NCBI RefSeq assembly: GCF_009914755.1
Contig: NC_060933.1
Source of the DNA: the human T2T-CHM13v2.0 reference genome, Homo sapiens
Length of the DNA stretch: 64,000 nt
Direction: 5' to 3' (one strand)
Shown: positions 15,522 through 29,874 of the stretch, piece after piece
How positions within the stretch are numbered: position 1 is the first letter of the stretch
How the letters are laid out: the number at the start of each line of letters is the position of its first letter
Program-made: the position numbers and the translations under genes
The notes under the pieces: model-generated
Database searches by the model: none
Seen by the model: only the letters and a program-made list of their open reading frames with translations
What the model was told of the DNA's origin: nothing

Positions 15522-16759
15522 TCAGCCATAATAAATCTTTCATTTTAATTTTGATCAGCAGCATTGTGAGGTCCTGCCCAGTGTGGTAATGGGCAGTTAG
15601 CTTGTCACAGTCCTGTCATCTTGCCAGCCCCTTGAGAGCTGCCAGAAGCTTGTGGTCTGTCTGGTTTCACATGGTGGTCATGGACTCTCTTAGGGACTCA
15701 CATGTTACTGCACAGTGGGTATGCATCTTGGCCTGTCAGCACCTCTCCCTGAAGCATCCCAGGAGCTATTTACCAAAATGGATCATGCTCTTTTGTCAAG
15801 AGCAGGCCACTGGACTGCATTGCACCCCTGAGGATATACCCACAGATCAACGGGACAGAATAAATAAAGCAAGATGAAAAAGAATGAAGGGATCTAGTCG
15901 AATAAGCTTTGCAACTAAAAATCTTCCATGAATACAGGATCTCAGAATCACTTGATAATATGCTCCACATACATAAGTACACGTATGCACACACACACAT
16001 AGCCATGTGAGTACAGATACACAAGCTGTAAGGTGGTCATTGCACACCAACGTCCCTTTCGACGAAAACGAACAATTCCTCGATACTAGCTGGTCTCTTG
16101 GTTTCTGCTGTTTGTGACTTGTCATTGCAGGGAAGGGCTGTGATGGAGGGAGTTTTTGTTGACTTGGTAGTTCCTGTCTGCAGACCCCTTCATTGCTTCA
16201 TTGGATTCCTTGGACAGCCTGCTATAGCCACATGGGGGCTCAGTTAGAGCCTGCTCTGTGAGCTGCATCTACCCATTTGGGCTCCCACGTGCAGAAAGCA
16301 TGATTCCCATGCTCCATGTGGGCGGACTCCTGTTAGGCAGGTGGGAAAGGAGAAACCAGACTGCCTGGAACCTGCCCACAGGGCCTCTACCCAGTGGGGC
16401 ATCAGGGAGGTACCACCCATTCCAGTCACTTGTTGAAAACTGTTCCCACTCTGGGGGAGGGGAGGGTAAGTCATGGTCTCTCTCTGTAAGAAATCACAGG
16501 TGCATGTGTGTGCACATGCATGCACCAGCTATCTCCTCCTTCTCCCCAACAAAATGACAGTTGGCATTCGTAGAGCCTGTACTCTGAGACGGGGATTTTG
16601 TGCTTGACGTGTATTATCTAATTTAATCTACTTAACCCTATAAGTTAGATGAAATATTATCCTTGTTTTACAAATGAAGAAATTAAGGTAGAGGTAATGT
16701 GTCATCTCTAGTACTCTAGAGTTTCTAATGCCCCAGGTATGCTTCTTTTTATTACAGGA

Positions 16760-16832
16760 TAGGCTAGGGTAGGCTAGGGTAGGCTAGGCTAGGGTAGGGT
16801 AGGGCAGGGCAGGGTAGTGTAGGGTAGGGTAG
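16760..16832 (+). repeat. (TAGGG/TAGGC/CAGGG)n pentanucleotide repeat
   Basis: taggctagggtaggctagggt...agggtagggtagggcagggcagggt. Confidence 0.9.
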
Positions 16833-16842
16833 CATCTACACC

Positions 16843-17030
16843 AATGCTGTGCATAGACCTTTCTGCAATTATGGGAATGTTCTGTGCCGCCCAGTGTGGT
16901 AACAGCTAGCCACATGTGACTGTTGAGCATGTGAAATGGGACTAGTGTTTCCAAAAGTAAATTTTTAATATTCTTTAATTTTAGTTAAATTTCACTAGCA
17001 CCGTGACTAGTAGCTACTGTGGTGGACTTT
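16843..17030 (+). mobile_element. MER3-like DNA transposon fossil
   Basis: tgctgtgcatagacctttctgc...tagccacatgtgactgttgagcatgtgaaatg. Confidence 0.7.
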
Positions 17031-17466
17031 CCCTGCAGCTGAGGGCCCTCCCAGGACGCTCTCAAAAGCAGGATGTAGGACGCCTTGGACTTGATTAGCA
17101 CTGTTTGATCATTGATTGATTTGAAAGATCTTTGCTGAGCCCCTCCTAGGTACTAAGCAGCTCAGGCTGTGAGAATGTCTGAACTCCAAGAATTGCTGCA
17201 TGGTTCTTTTTGAACTGAGACCAGTGAGCAGGCGAATGTCTACAATAGTCCCGGGTGTTGGAAAGGACTCTGGTGTGGACCTTTGATGCCTGCTGCCCCA
17301 GTGAGTGACCCAGTGTCACCAGACTCGTGTGCCCACTCCTCAGAAAGGCCCCCATTCTTCATGCCCCCTATCTTGCCCTTCCTCTGCCTCCATCCGCTTC
17401 TTTTGTCTCCCCACCTTGGTTTATGAAGTCTCCTCTCTCCTCTTCCCTCCTCTGCCCTTGAATCTT

Positions 17467-17773
17467 TTTCTTTCCTTTTTTCTTTTTTTGTTTTTTTTTT
17501 GAGACGGAGTCTTGCTCTGTCGCCCAGGCTCGATCTTGGCTTACTGCAACCTCCTCCTCCCGGGTTCAAGCTATTCTCCTGCCTCAGCCTCCCTAGTAGC
17601 TGAGATTACAGGTGCATGCCACCACGCCTGGCTAATTTTTGTATTTTTTTTTTAGTAGAGACGGGGTTTCGCCATGTTGACCAGGGTGGTCTAGAATTCC
17701 TGACCTCAAGTGATCTGCCTGCCTTGGCCTCCCAAAGTACTGAGATTACAGGTGTGAGTCACCATGCCCAGCC
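17467..17773 (-). mobile_element. Alu (AluS-type, ~14-bp internal deletion)
   Basis: cccaggct|cgatcttgg lacks ggagtgcagtggcg; TSD-like tgcccttg. Confidence 0.95.
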
Positions 17774-17789
17774 TGCCCTTGGAACTTTA

Positions 17790-18590
<801 letters not shown>

Positions 18591-18624
18591 TGAAATTAAA
18601 ATAGCGGAACCAATAATATATTAG

Positions 18625-19049
<425 letters not shown>

Positions 19050-19164
19050 CTATTCTAATGAAACCTTTCATTGATTTTTTATTTCTCTGGGTCATTAACT
19101 TCCCATTGAATAAAGAAATTCCCCAGACCTGCCCTGGGGGATTCCCCTGCTCCATGGAAGTTTG

Positions 19165-20050
19165 ATAGGCATTGCATTTGGGTGCTAGAAATGGAAGCCC
19201 CTTAGACAGCAGTTTACTTAAGTTAAAGGTTCATTTTCTTCTCATCCAGAAGTGGGGCTGTGTGTGGACAGTGCTTATCTGGCAGCTCCTCAGTGCCATT
19301 GGAGACCCAGGCTCCCTGGGTTCTGCCCCCCTCCTTAGGGTGTCAACCAGAGCTGCATCCACCATGCCCAGGGTTCAAGCAAGGAGAAGGGAAGGGAAGC
19401 AAAAGGGGGTGCACTGCAGCTTTACTGGCCCCCTGAATGGGCATCCCTGTGAGCTGCCTGCAAGGGGCTCTGCACACTTCTCATCATCCAGACTGGGCCA
19501 CAGGGACCCTCACTCCACCCCAGAGCATGGAGAAGAGATGCATCGCTGCCCTGAGTAATGTGGGGATTCTCATGGGGAGAGGGAAGGGGGGTGTGCAGGG
19601 CAGGCCTCCTGCAGTTCTGTATCTACCTGGTGGTCTTCAGTGTTTACCTTCTTGGGGTTCAGGTGATGGAACGAAGACACAGCAGTTGAGCTATATGTTC
19701 ATCATAGTTATACTGAGTTAGGATGGGCAAAGTCATGCCACTGTAACAAACAACCCCAATAGCGAACGTGAGTTAGTTGGAGCCTTGTCCTCCTGTGTCA
19801 TAACTCCAGGACTGAGGGTAATGAAGCCTCCACTGTGTGGAAAGTTGCAATCACATTGGTGAGGAAGAGGCTGTCACAAATTAAGGACTGGGTCTTGAGG
19901 CTTTCTTCGGGAACCAACAGGAGGAGTTGAGCCCACTTTCATTGGCCAGAAGTCACATGGCCACACTCAGTGTGAAAGCATGGGTGTGTCCTCCTACCTC
20001 ATGCTGAAAGGAGAGGACCCTGAAATATTTGATGACTGTCACTGCCACAG
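19165..20050 (-). mobile_element. Old MLT1 (J/K/L-type) LTR fragments
   Basis: ggagacccaggctcc..., ctgtaacaaacaacccc..., ttcattggccagaagtcacatggccacac. Confidence 0.5.
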
Positions 20051-20904
20051 TAGTTATTTAAATAGAGAATTCTATAATATTTTTATAGAAAAGAGTATTA
20101 GGAATTGAGTCATTTGCTATCTCAAAGGCTCTACATTATTTACACCTGAAAGAAGTTGAGATTGTCCATGTAACCACCTGACATACTGTTTTGCTTAATT
20201 TAAAGGACACTGTCCAGAAGGAAATAAATAAACCTTGCCAAGTGTAATTCATCAAATAATAGCATGTCAGGTGCCCAAATTTGGAAGACAGATTGAAGCA
20301 AAAGTCTGCTGCTATTGCAGAGCAAAGACAATTTGCTGTATATTAAACTTAAGGAATGATTTAAAGAGGATTCTTCCCAGGCATGATGACTTGCTCAGCT
20401 TTTTTATAGAACCTAAAACAAGTGCTGACCTCTTAAACTTTTTTACTTTCTTCATGACAAATGATGTGATTTGGAGTGAAGGTTGGACAATGGGAGGAGG
20501 GTGATGATCCGCCTAGAGATTTGGTACTGGTGAATTTCAGGGGCAGATCTTGGGCCCCTCTTTGTGAAATGCTCATGTTTCTATTCTGTTGTCTGGAAGC
20601 ATTTTGTAAGCAAAAGAGACTTTTTGTTCTTTATTAACTGTACCTTCCGGCATTCTTTCCTGGTAAACTCCAATTTCTAAGTTTATAGGTACATGCATTT
20701 GTCAGAATTTAGTCAACCAATCCACACAAATTTATTAAACACATACTGTATGAGGAAGAATATGGGAGTAGCAATTGAGGGCACAAAGATGAATATGATT
20801 TTTAAGCTCCTTGAATGCTTTTGAATTTAAGTGGTTCACACTCCCATTTGAAAGATACAGTGTGAACACCTGCACTAACACTATTTATTTCCACTCTGGA
20901 ATGG

Positions 20905-21385
20905 GTTGTAGTGTTCATGGTCTCAGAGAACTGTGCCTCCCTGTTGCATCTTGGCTTGACTCCCCGTATTCCCTGAATTGGGGCTGGCCTTGTGGCTTGC
21001 TCTGCTCAGCAGAGTCTTGCAGAGAGACATGTGTGATGTCCAAGGTTAGACCTTGCTCTTGTGGGACACTTTGCTTTTATGTGAAGATGCTCTGTCAAGC
21101 CTCCTGGAGGATAAGAGGCCATGTGAAGTGAGAGGCCCAGCCATCAGTCAGCACACACCACCAGATGTTCAGGTGAGGCTGTCAGCCCACCAGCCAGCAC
21201 CTCCCACCCCACCGCCTCTCAGACTGCAGACATGTGGCTGAGCCTAGCCAGCACCAGGAGGAGGAGATGACCTGCCCAGCTGAGCCCAGCCCATGTTGCA
21301 ACCCACAGAGTTGTGAGCATGTGAATGATTGCCATTTGGGCCCCTAAGGTTGGAGTGGTGTGTTCGTGCCCAATGGTTGATCAGT
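20905..21385 (+). mobile_element. MLT1 (F-I-type) LTR
   Basis: ggggctggccttgtggcttgct...ccagctgagcccagcc...ccacagagttgtgagc. Confidence 0.65.
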
Positions 21386-21882
21386 GTCCACTCCCTGCTC
21401 ATGCCCTCTGTGACAGCCGCGTAGACCTTCTTGCCACAATGGCATAGTTTTTGGCGCCATTTTGGATATGTTCTTTATTTAGTTTAGGATGCCCGTCTCC
21501 CCTTTTCCTCCTTGGAGCTTCTTTTTCCTATATTCAAAACCCAGGTGCTTCTCCGGATTCCCTCTGGTGCCCTCCATACACATCTCTGTTACTGGCACTT
21601 TACTTTCTACATTGCACTCTGCTGATTTGTTTACAGTTTAGTCTGATGCTGACCTCTGTAGGAAAAGAGTCTATTTTCTCTCTACTGGCTCTTGGGCCCT
21701 GACTCAGATCCTGGCACACAGTATGCTTGGTGGGTTATTGGGTGACAAGGCATAGAGAATAACTACTATGTGATGTCAGGGGGTATGGCTGACCAGTCCT
21801 GGCTGTCCCATTCACTGAGACATGTGTGACAAATGACTCACCACTTAAGGCCCATTTTTGTTATCTGGGAAATGAGGGTTTC

Positions 21883-22343
21883 TGTCTTAGTCCACTTTTT
21901 CCTGCTCTAACAGAATACGTGAGAATGGGTAATTTATGAACAATGGAAGTTTATTTTGCATATGGTGCTGGAGGCTGGGAGGTCCAAGACCATGTCACCA
22001 GCATCTGGTTATGGCCTTCCTACTATGTTATTTCATGGCAGAAGGCAAGAGGGATGGGGAGGGAGGGAGGGGGAGAGAGAGAGAGAGAGGAGGAAGGAGC
22101 AAGAGGGAGGGAGGGAGGAAGGGAGAGAGAGAGATTGAGAAAAAGAAAGAGAGAGAGAGAGATGAAGCAAGGTAAACTCATCCTCTTAATCTGGAACCAG
22201 CTCCCACAATAACTGCATTAATTCATTCATGAGGCAGAGCCGTCATGATCTAATCACCTCTTAACGGTCTCACCTCTTAACACTGTTGCATTGGGGATTA
22301 AATTTCTAACACATCAACTTGGGGGACACATTCAAACCACAGC
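21883..22343 (-). mobile_element. MST (MaLR) solo LTR with an expanded purine tract
   Basis: tgtcttagtcc...ctaacagaatac...ctaatcacctcttaa...gggggacacattcaaaccacagc. Confidence 0.85.
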
Positions 22344-23279
22344 CAGTGCCACTGGCTATTCTGATTCCAACTTTCTTATGTGGTAGAAGCAATAAAGACT
22401 CTTGGATTTCTGAAGAGGAACAGCTGATAGCCCTGTGGTTTCATTTCTTCATTGGTTTTGGCTGAAGGCAAGTGGGTTTCACTGTGTCTGGGAAAACACA
22501 GTGAAAACCAGGAAGACCCTATCCACATTTGCTGAATGCTGGCAGGCAGTGTGCTGTGGAAATTCCCAGAAAGACTTTTCACACAGAAGCTCAAAGGGCC
22601 CGAGGTCACGAATGCTCCAGAAAGCACCACCACAGCTCCTTGGTGACTCCCAGGATATGTTGCAGAGGTCCTGGCAGCCTGGAGGGCAAACAGTTGAGAG
22701 CATGAAAAACGAGTGTCGAGGCTGTAGAGAAAGAAAAACGTGAGACAGAACTCAGGGAGACAAGTTTGCCTCTGGGAGCTTCTCTGAGGGGTTGAAGCAA
22801 AACGCTGAAGAATCACAACCCCATCCTCTGTCCAGAGCAGAATCTGACTTGAGGATGCAGCTCTCAGGATCAAAAGCAGAGGAGCTCGAGGGATGATGTC
22901 TTCCAATGCCCCCTATTTTATGGTTGGGGAAAGTAAAGCCAGGAGAGGTGAAGTGCCTCACTACAGGTCATTGCAGCAGGCTAATAGGAGAATGGCTAGT
23001 ATGGCACTAACTCAGGTTACAGATGGAAGGGAATTTACCTTCTGAGTTTCTGGACCTCCAAAGAAGGCTGAATGTGTGATGTTCTTTCTGCCTAGAAGAG
23101 AAGTAAAATGATGAGGAATTCAAATCCGACTTCTTGAAATCTGAGGTTTGGGCTTGAACCCAGACCTACCATTTTCAATTTACTGTTCTTTTCCCCGTTT
23201 TTCACTCTTTCTTTTTATCATCCTGTTTCCATTGCTACTATCATTTTTATTATTGCTACTCGCTACTCCTAGTTGTACA

Positions 23280-23797
<518 letters not shown>

Positions 23798-26562
23798 CTC
23801 AGCATTCTATTAAGAGTTCTTGGAACTGCATCTCAGCTATGTCATTATAGAGTTGGTAGTCAACTATTAAGCCATTCTTGTTCTTTAGGAAAGTAGAATC
23901 TATATATCTCCAAGATGATATGACTCAACAAAGTAGGGCCTCCAAAAATTGAGGCTGTAAGCAATGCCCCAAATGCTCCAATGAAAGAGGAAAAGTGGAG
24001 GGAGGTAAATAGTTATTGGTAAGGAAATTTTCTAAATAAGTAAGCTCAGGTTATTTAAAGGATCTACCAAAAATAAGGTGAGGAGAATCAATTTTGTAAG
24101 TAGTGATGGCTACAGAACTAGCCTAGACCAAACCTGGCTGATTGTGACAAATACTAAATATAAAAACAAAATGAAGCAAAATTGTAGACTGACTGATGTT
24201 CGGAATGAGAAGAACAAGGATGGGTTGGACACGTTGGTTGGACTCTTGGAAGGATGAAAGGAAAGCAGCAAACACTAACAAGCTGGTCATCTCAGGCCAA
24301 CCGTGTTTCTTTGTCTGAGCACATCATTGCACTGATGAAACAGAAATTTTATCACAGCATACAGGGGGTTTTGGCAGGTCCCTCCTTGCAATCACTATGG
24401 AAAGAGCATGAACTGATAACTATACATTCGGGTGCCTGGTTGCAAAGAAAAATAGCAAGAAAGCTCATTAATGAAGGGTTGCTAATGCAGAGAGAAGCTC
24501 CCCAGAATTCACGTTGGCAGTTAATCTGAAGATATATAGATGGACTGCTCATGAAATCTAGAGTTCCTTCCAAAACAAATTATTGTGAGATTAAAATATT
24601 CTCTTTCTGTTGGCACAGCAAGTGAAGGCAAAGTCATGGGAACCTGGTGGACTTTAGAAATGCTTGGCCTCTCCTCCCGTGGTGGCTGGTGCCAAGTCAA
24701 TCTGTAGCTGATTATTGTCTCGAATATGTACTCAAATGAGCTGTGTAGTAGGCCATCTGCTGTCTCCTCGACTCAGCTGATAGGCCCTGGAAAAGGGAAA
24801 TCCTGCCAAAATGCAAATATCCTACTTAACTGATAATACAGGGAGAGGAGATACAGGCTGTGGGGGAATGGGGGTAGGGAAGGGAATGGGGCGTGGGGAA
24901 GAAATAAGTGACTGTCTTCACCCTTCCTCGATGTCTTTCCATCCTCCTGTGTTTCTTCCTGTTAGAGAAAGACCAGGTGTGGATCAGTAGACCCCGCTCA
25001 CAATTGGAGTTGCGGGGTCAGACTGGAAGTAGCCAGGGAATTAGGCTCGGTTGTGAGGATGCTTTTTGTAGCCTCTTCATTTGAATTCAAGAACCTGTAG
25101 CCTCTTGGTTTCCACTGGCACGCTTGCCATGGTAGGAGCCCTTGTTAGGATTAAGCTTTTCTCAGTGCTGGAGATGGAGTTGTTGCACTCATAGGGCTAC
25201 CACCTGGATTCCTCAGATTGCCTCCGAATGAGTCTGTGAGCCCCACCCCACCGGACCTCCCTCCATGGCGTCCCTCCCAAGCATGACTCAAGGGTTCTGA
25301 GTTGCTGTGTTGAATGGATTGGCTAGCGATCGTTTCCATGGGCATACTGCTCCATCATTTCCAAATGCTTTCGTGTTCACTTTCAGTTTCTTTTAATATT
25401 TATAGACACCCCAAAAAGGCTGCCACTATTCAGTTGAAATGGTAATGCTAAGGAAACTAAGGCTCCAAGAAGACGGTCCAAGGTCTCATGGCTAAATGAG
25501 TAGAAGACCAAAACTGTGATTACAAAGCTGTCACCAGCTCTGCCCCTTTAGGGTGAGTTACTGATGAAAGAAGAGTTGGCTCTGCAGACAGCAGTGAGGA
25601 GGAGTGAAGCCACCCAGGCATAAGGCACCGGGGAGCTGCGGGCCTGTGTCCAGCTGGAGCGCACGGGGCCATCTGAAGGGGCAGTCGCTATGCATTGGGC
25701 GCTGACTGCCTGCAGGCCGTGGGCCAACGCTGCCAGCTCTTCCAAGTCTTCATGCATTGCTGGGAATCAGAGTTTTAAAATATTGACAGTGGATTCAGTT
25801 CTTTTCAAAACACTGTGCCCATTGCTCTGGATCAAACAGACACCATCCCACACAACACTCCAGTTGTGATCAGTGGATTAAAGCAACACTCCTTGGTGAA
25901 TAGGCTTCTTTTGATGGTACTTGCATTTGAAAAGAGTTTTGTTGAAGCAATTTAGCTTCTAATTAATGCATTCTGTGGGGGAGATGTTTTTTCATGGAGT
26001 CATCTTCTTGTGCCTGCTCTGGGTCCCCCAGCTTCAAGGAATGTTGGCTAAAGAGAGTGGGAAGGTGGGATGCAGTGTGGGTGGCGTCACCTTGCAGCCT
26101 GACCGTGCCTCCTCCGTCCTCTCTGCACAAGGTGACAACCCACTAGGATATGGAAGGGGAAGGCTGTCACATGTACCTTGTGTGATGCACCCAAGTTATT
26201 ACAAATCATTTTCTAAAAATCCTTGCAGAGTGGGTAATGGGTCTCTGAGCCATATAGTGTTGGGGCTGTTGCAAAACTGGTCCACTTCCAAATTGCAGGC
26301 CTTGATCATTTACTCCCTGGGTGGGAAAGGGGAGCTCTCCACAGTAAAGAACTCATTTCTTGTCCTCAGATGTGTGGTGGTCTGATGTGATGAGCAGACT
26401 TTATACTGAGAAAGGAATTTTAGAGGAATACAGAATCCAGCTAACTTAGTAGGAGTGATTAAAAAATACTGGAGGTGTGGGGCAAGGCAGATTCTCTTGA
26501 TAGAGGAAATTCTCCAGGTCACGTGTGTTTTTTTAATAAGTAGCATCCCTTTGCATTAACCT

Positions 26563-26900
26563 CAGTGGTTCTCAGCCTTGGCTGGTTGGGGAATCCCTCT
26601 GAACTTCAAACACTGCCTGTACTTGGGCTCAGCCTCAGAGATTAGGACTTAATTGGTGTGGAGTCTGGTGAGGGCATCTGGACTTTCAACAGCTCCCCTC
26701 CCCCACTGACGATGGTTGAGAATTACTACTCCAGTCTGTGAGTTTTAGAGTTCACTGTGCATCAGAAGCACCCAGGAGCTCTTTAAAATGCAGGTTGCTG
26801 GGCTTTGCCCCATGGACTGAATCCAGAGTTCACGGGGGAGCCCAGGAACCTGTATTTTTCAAAGCTCTACCTCCAGCGAGACTCAGGTGATCATTGACTT
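26563..26900. mobile_element. MER5-type DNA transposon fossils (two adjacent)
   Basis: cagtggttctcagccttggct...ggttgagaattact; catcagaagcacccaggag...ctgtatttttcaaagctc. Confidence 0.6.
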
Positions 26901-28910
26901 ATGTGCTTCATCGCAGGTGCCCATATAGAAATACGCAGATAGGTTATTTCAATTTGCAATTAATACATATAAATACTTTAGTGTCCTACTTTTGACAAGC
27001 AGTTGGATGGAAAATCGATCTTTTGAAATGGATGTCAGTTTAGGCTCAAAACGTGTGATTACCTAAGTTCTCACTGCTGGAGAATTCAAGCTGATAGGCC
27101 ATGTTTTTCAAAGGAAGTGGGTGCAGAACTGGATCCTGTCAGTGTCAACGCGGGTGCATCCGGGTGTGTAGCAGTGCCTTTTGGTTAAACCCAGGCTTTC
27201 CCTACGAGAGGTCTTCCAGTCCATTAATCTTGTGTTAAGTTTCTTGGCTGGAAGGGTGGTTTATAGAAGTGGTGCCAAACAGCTGTAAATGCAAGGCTGA
27301 GAACTATTTGTCCTCTTCCTTTATTTTTAAGACTTCAGAAAACAACTTTCACTAAATTGGTAAATAAAGTTTTAGGTATTATTTTCTGATTAATGAAATC
27401 ACCATAAACTACTACTTCTAGACTTCCGAATGTCATGATTTTATTTCTGGTCTTATTATATTTGTGTTTCTGAGTCTTAATGAGCTAGAAATGCTTATAA
27501 GACAAAAGCAATGTGTGTTTTTTCCTGCATCAGATTCTTTTACACCTTATCTTGAAGTTTGCATAACTGAGTCACTTTCTATTTTTTTTTAATCACTTTG
27601 ATAAGAGAAAAATTTATGTTAGTTGCAGTCCAGGAAAAAGAAGGCACAAACACTGCTGATCAAATATTACTAAAGCTTTTATGGACTCTTGAACCTCATT
27701 TTCCCTCCCATATGTACACAAGACACACTTCATTCTTACTCTGTTTATGCCTCTCTGTCTAATAGAAACTTCACTTCTGACTCCAGCTTTGTCTAATTAT
27801 TAACACAGAGAGGTACTAGAAGTTGTCCATTAGCAAAGAAGAGAAAAATTATGTTTAGGGAACTAATTTTATAACAGCTTAAAATGGCTTTGATGTAAAT
27901 CTGCCAGATGCCTCTTTTTATATCATCAAATACTTTGCTTTACCTTGAAGAATATTACCCCCAGGTTGGGACAGGAGCTTTCCCATTCTTTTCATTATTT
28001 TGTATGTAAAAAAAACCCAAAAAGCCAGTTGTACCTCTCGTAAATAATACATGTTTTCCTCTGCAGAACTGTAGTCTATGTGACACCTACAAACAAGGGA
28101 CTGCTTGAGGAGTGAAAACCTGGCTTAACCCAGGCGTGCACTTCTTAGGGAATTCTTTATAGGAAGGAGTCATCATTCATAGCAGTGATTTAGAAGATTT
28201 CATTCCAAAGATTGAATTGCCTGTTCAGCTGTTCAAAATGCCTGATTCCCCAGATTTCAGGAACAGCAGAGAGGGGAGAGAAACCATTTGCAAACACATA
28301 GGGTGTCGAGTAAGAGTCTCAGAGATTTTTTTCTTCCCATCTGAAGTGTCATATGCTCAGTTTGCTTCCCTTGCTTACATGTGGAACTGACCCCTAACTG
28401 TGCTGATAAGAGAAGAATAAGTAAGTAAACACCCCCAGGATTTGAGGCTGATAGAAAAGTCACTTGGTTTCAGTGAACTGGACTGGAACACGAGCTTTTT
28501 GTTTGCTCTTGAAAGTTTAGCACTTGAATTTCAGGTTGGGCTGTTTAGTTCATTAAAGAAAATGTGGATGCCTCATGCCAACGCCTGTTTTCTTTAGGCC
28601 TTGAGAATAGAAGGCATTGTGTATTCGGTACACACACACTAAGGGAACAGTGACTTAATTGTACCCTGGGAACAAAAGCCATTACCTGAGGACAAGATGG
28701 GAGACCCCAGGCTTCTGCTCTCTGTTTCTCTCTGCAGAGTCAGCATTGCTGGGAACCCTGGAGCAAGTGTCTGAACTGTTGCTGGTGTTTGCCTGTGAAA
28801 TTGTAATCATGGGCTGGTTTCTCCTGGAGCTTAAACATGAGGGGAACTTGGCTCTGTGGGGAACCTGACTTCTTGTGAAGAGACCCAGAGCCTAGGCCCC
28901 ATCCCCCACC

Positions 28911-28914
28911 CCCC

Positions 28915-28955
<41 letters not shown>

Positions 28956-28986
28956 CAACACACACACACACACACACACACACCCC

Positions 28987-29034
<48 letters not shown>
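28911..29034 (+). repeat. Compound microsatellite [CCCCAA(CA)n]x3, n=18,12,23
   Basis: Read directly from the sequence. Confidence 0.95.
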
Positions 29035-29036
<2 letters not shown>

Positions 29037-29874
29037 AGAAGCGAAGCAGGCGGAGAGGGAAAAGGGAACAGAGAGGGTTTGGTTCTCCCATTTGATCTGT
29101 CTCCTTGCAAACGTTCCAGTGACATAAATGGATGGTTGCATCCTGCGGCTGCCCATCCGTCTGCCAGCAGTCCACCTTCAGCTGATGCCATGTAAACAGC
29201 GTTTGCACACTTTCCTTAAACAGTGATCTGCGGGCAGTGCGTGCGTGCCAATGAGAGAGCTTGGGGGCCTTTGGAGTTTTGGGGGATACCCTTGATTATT
29301 CTCTCACACAAAGGTGGTGCCTCTGTGTCCCCTGGGATGGGGACATGGGGGTTGGAGGCCTCTCTCCTTCTGAGGGGCTAAGTGGTTGGCCTTGCTGTTG
29401 GCTTGAGCCAGCTCTTTGGTTGCAGACCGTGGAGTCCCAGGGATCTTCCTTCCAGGGCTTTGTGTTTTCTTTTGCCTTTGTGGATCAGCCAAGGCCACCT
29501 TTTAAGAGTTCTTTGTTCACTGGGGAGGATTCTGTCATGCCAAGGGCTGGGAATAAAAAAGTCACAAATAGAAAGACTTGCTCAGCATTGGCAACTCCCA
29601 TCCCTCAGTGGTTCTCTTGAGTTTTGGTAAATCTAGACTGATGAATATAGCAGCTAATGATCATAGTAGTAGCAGCAAAAACAAAGCTGGCATTCATTAA
29701 CATATCACACTGCCCCATGCCTTTTATACATTAACACTTTCAATCCTCATAGTAAGAGGTCTCTATTTCTTTTAATGAAGCAAATGAAGAGCAAGTATTT
29801 AGACCGGGTTCTATGACAATGGCTACTAAATATATTATATTCTCCTTGAAGTCGTGCCGTTATAGATGGGAGCC

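Noticed and set aside
16760-16832. Interstitial telomeric repeat
   Set aside because: The unit is the pentamer TAGGG, not TTAGGG.
28740-29208. CVCVCV and THTHTH ORFs
   Set aside because: Translations of the (CA)n microsatellite.
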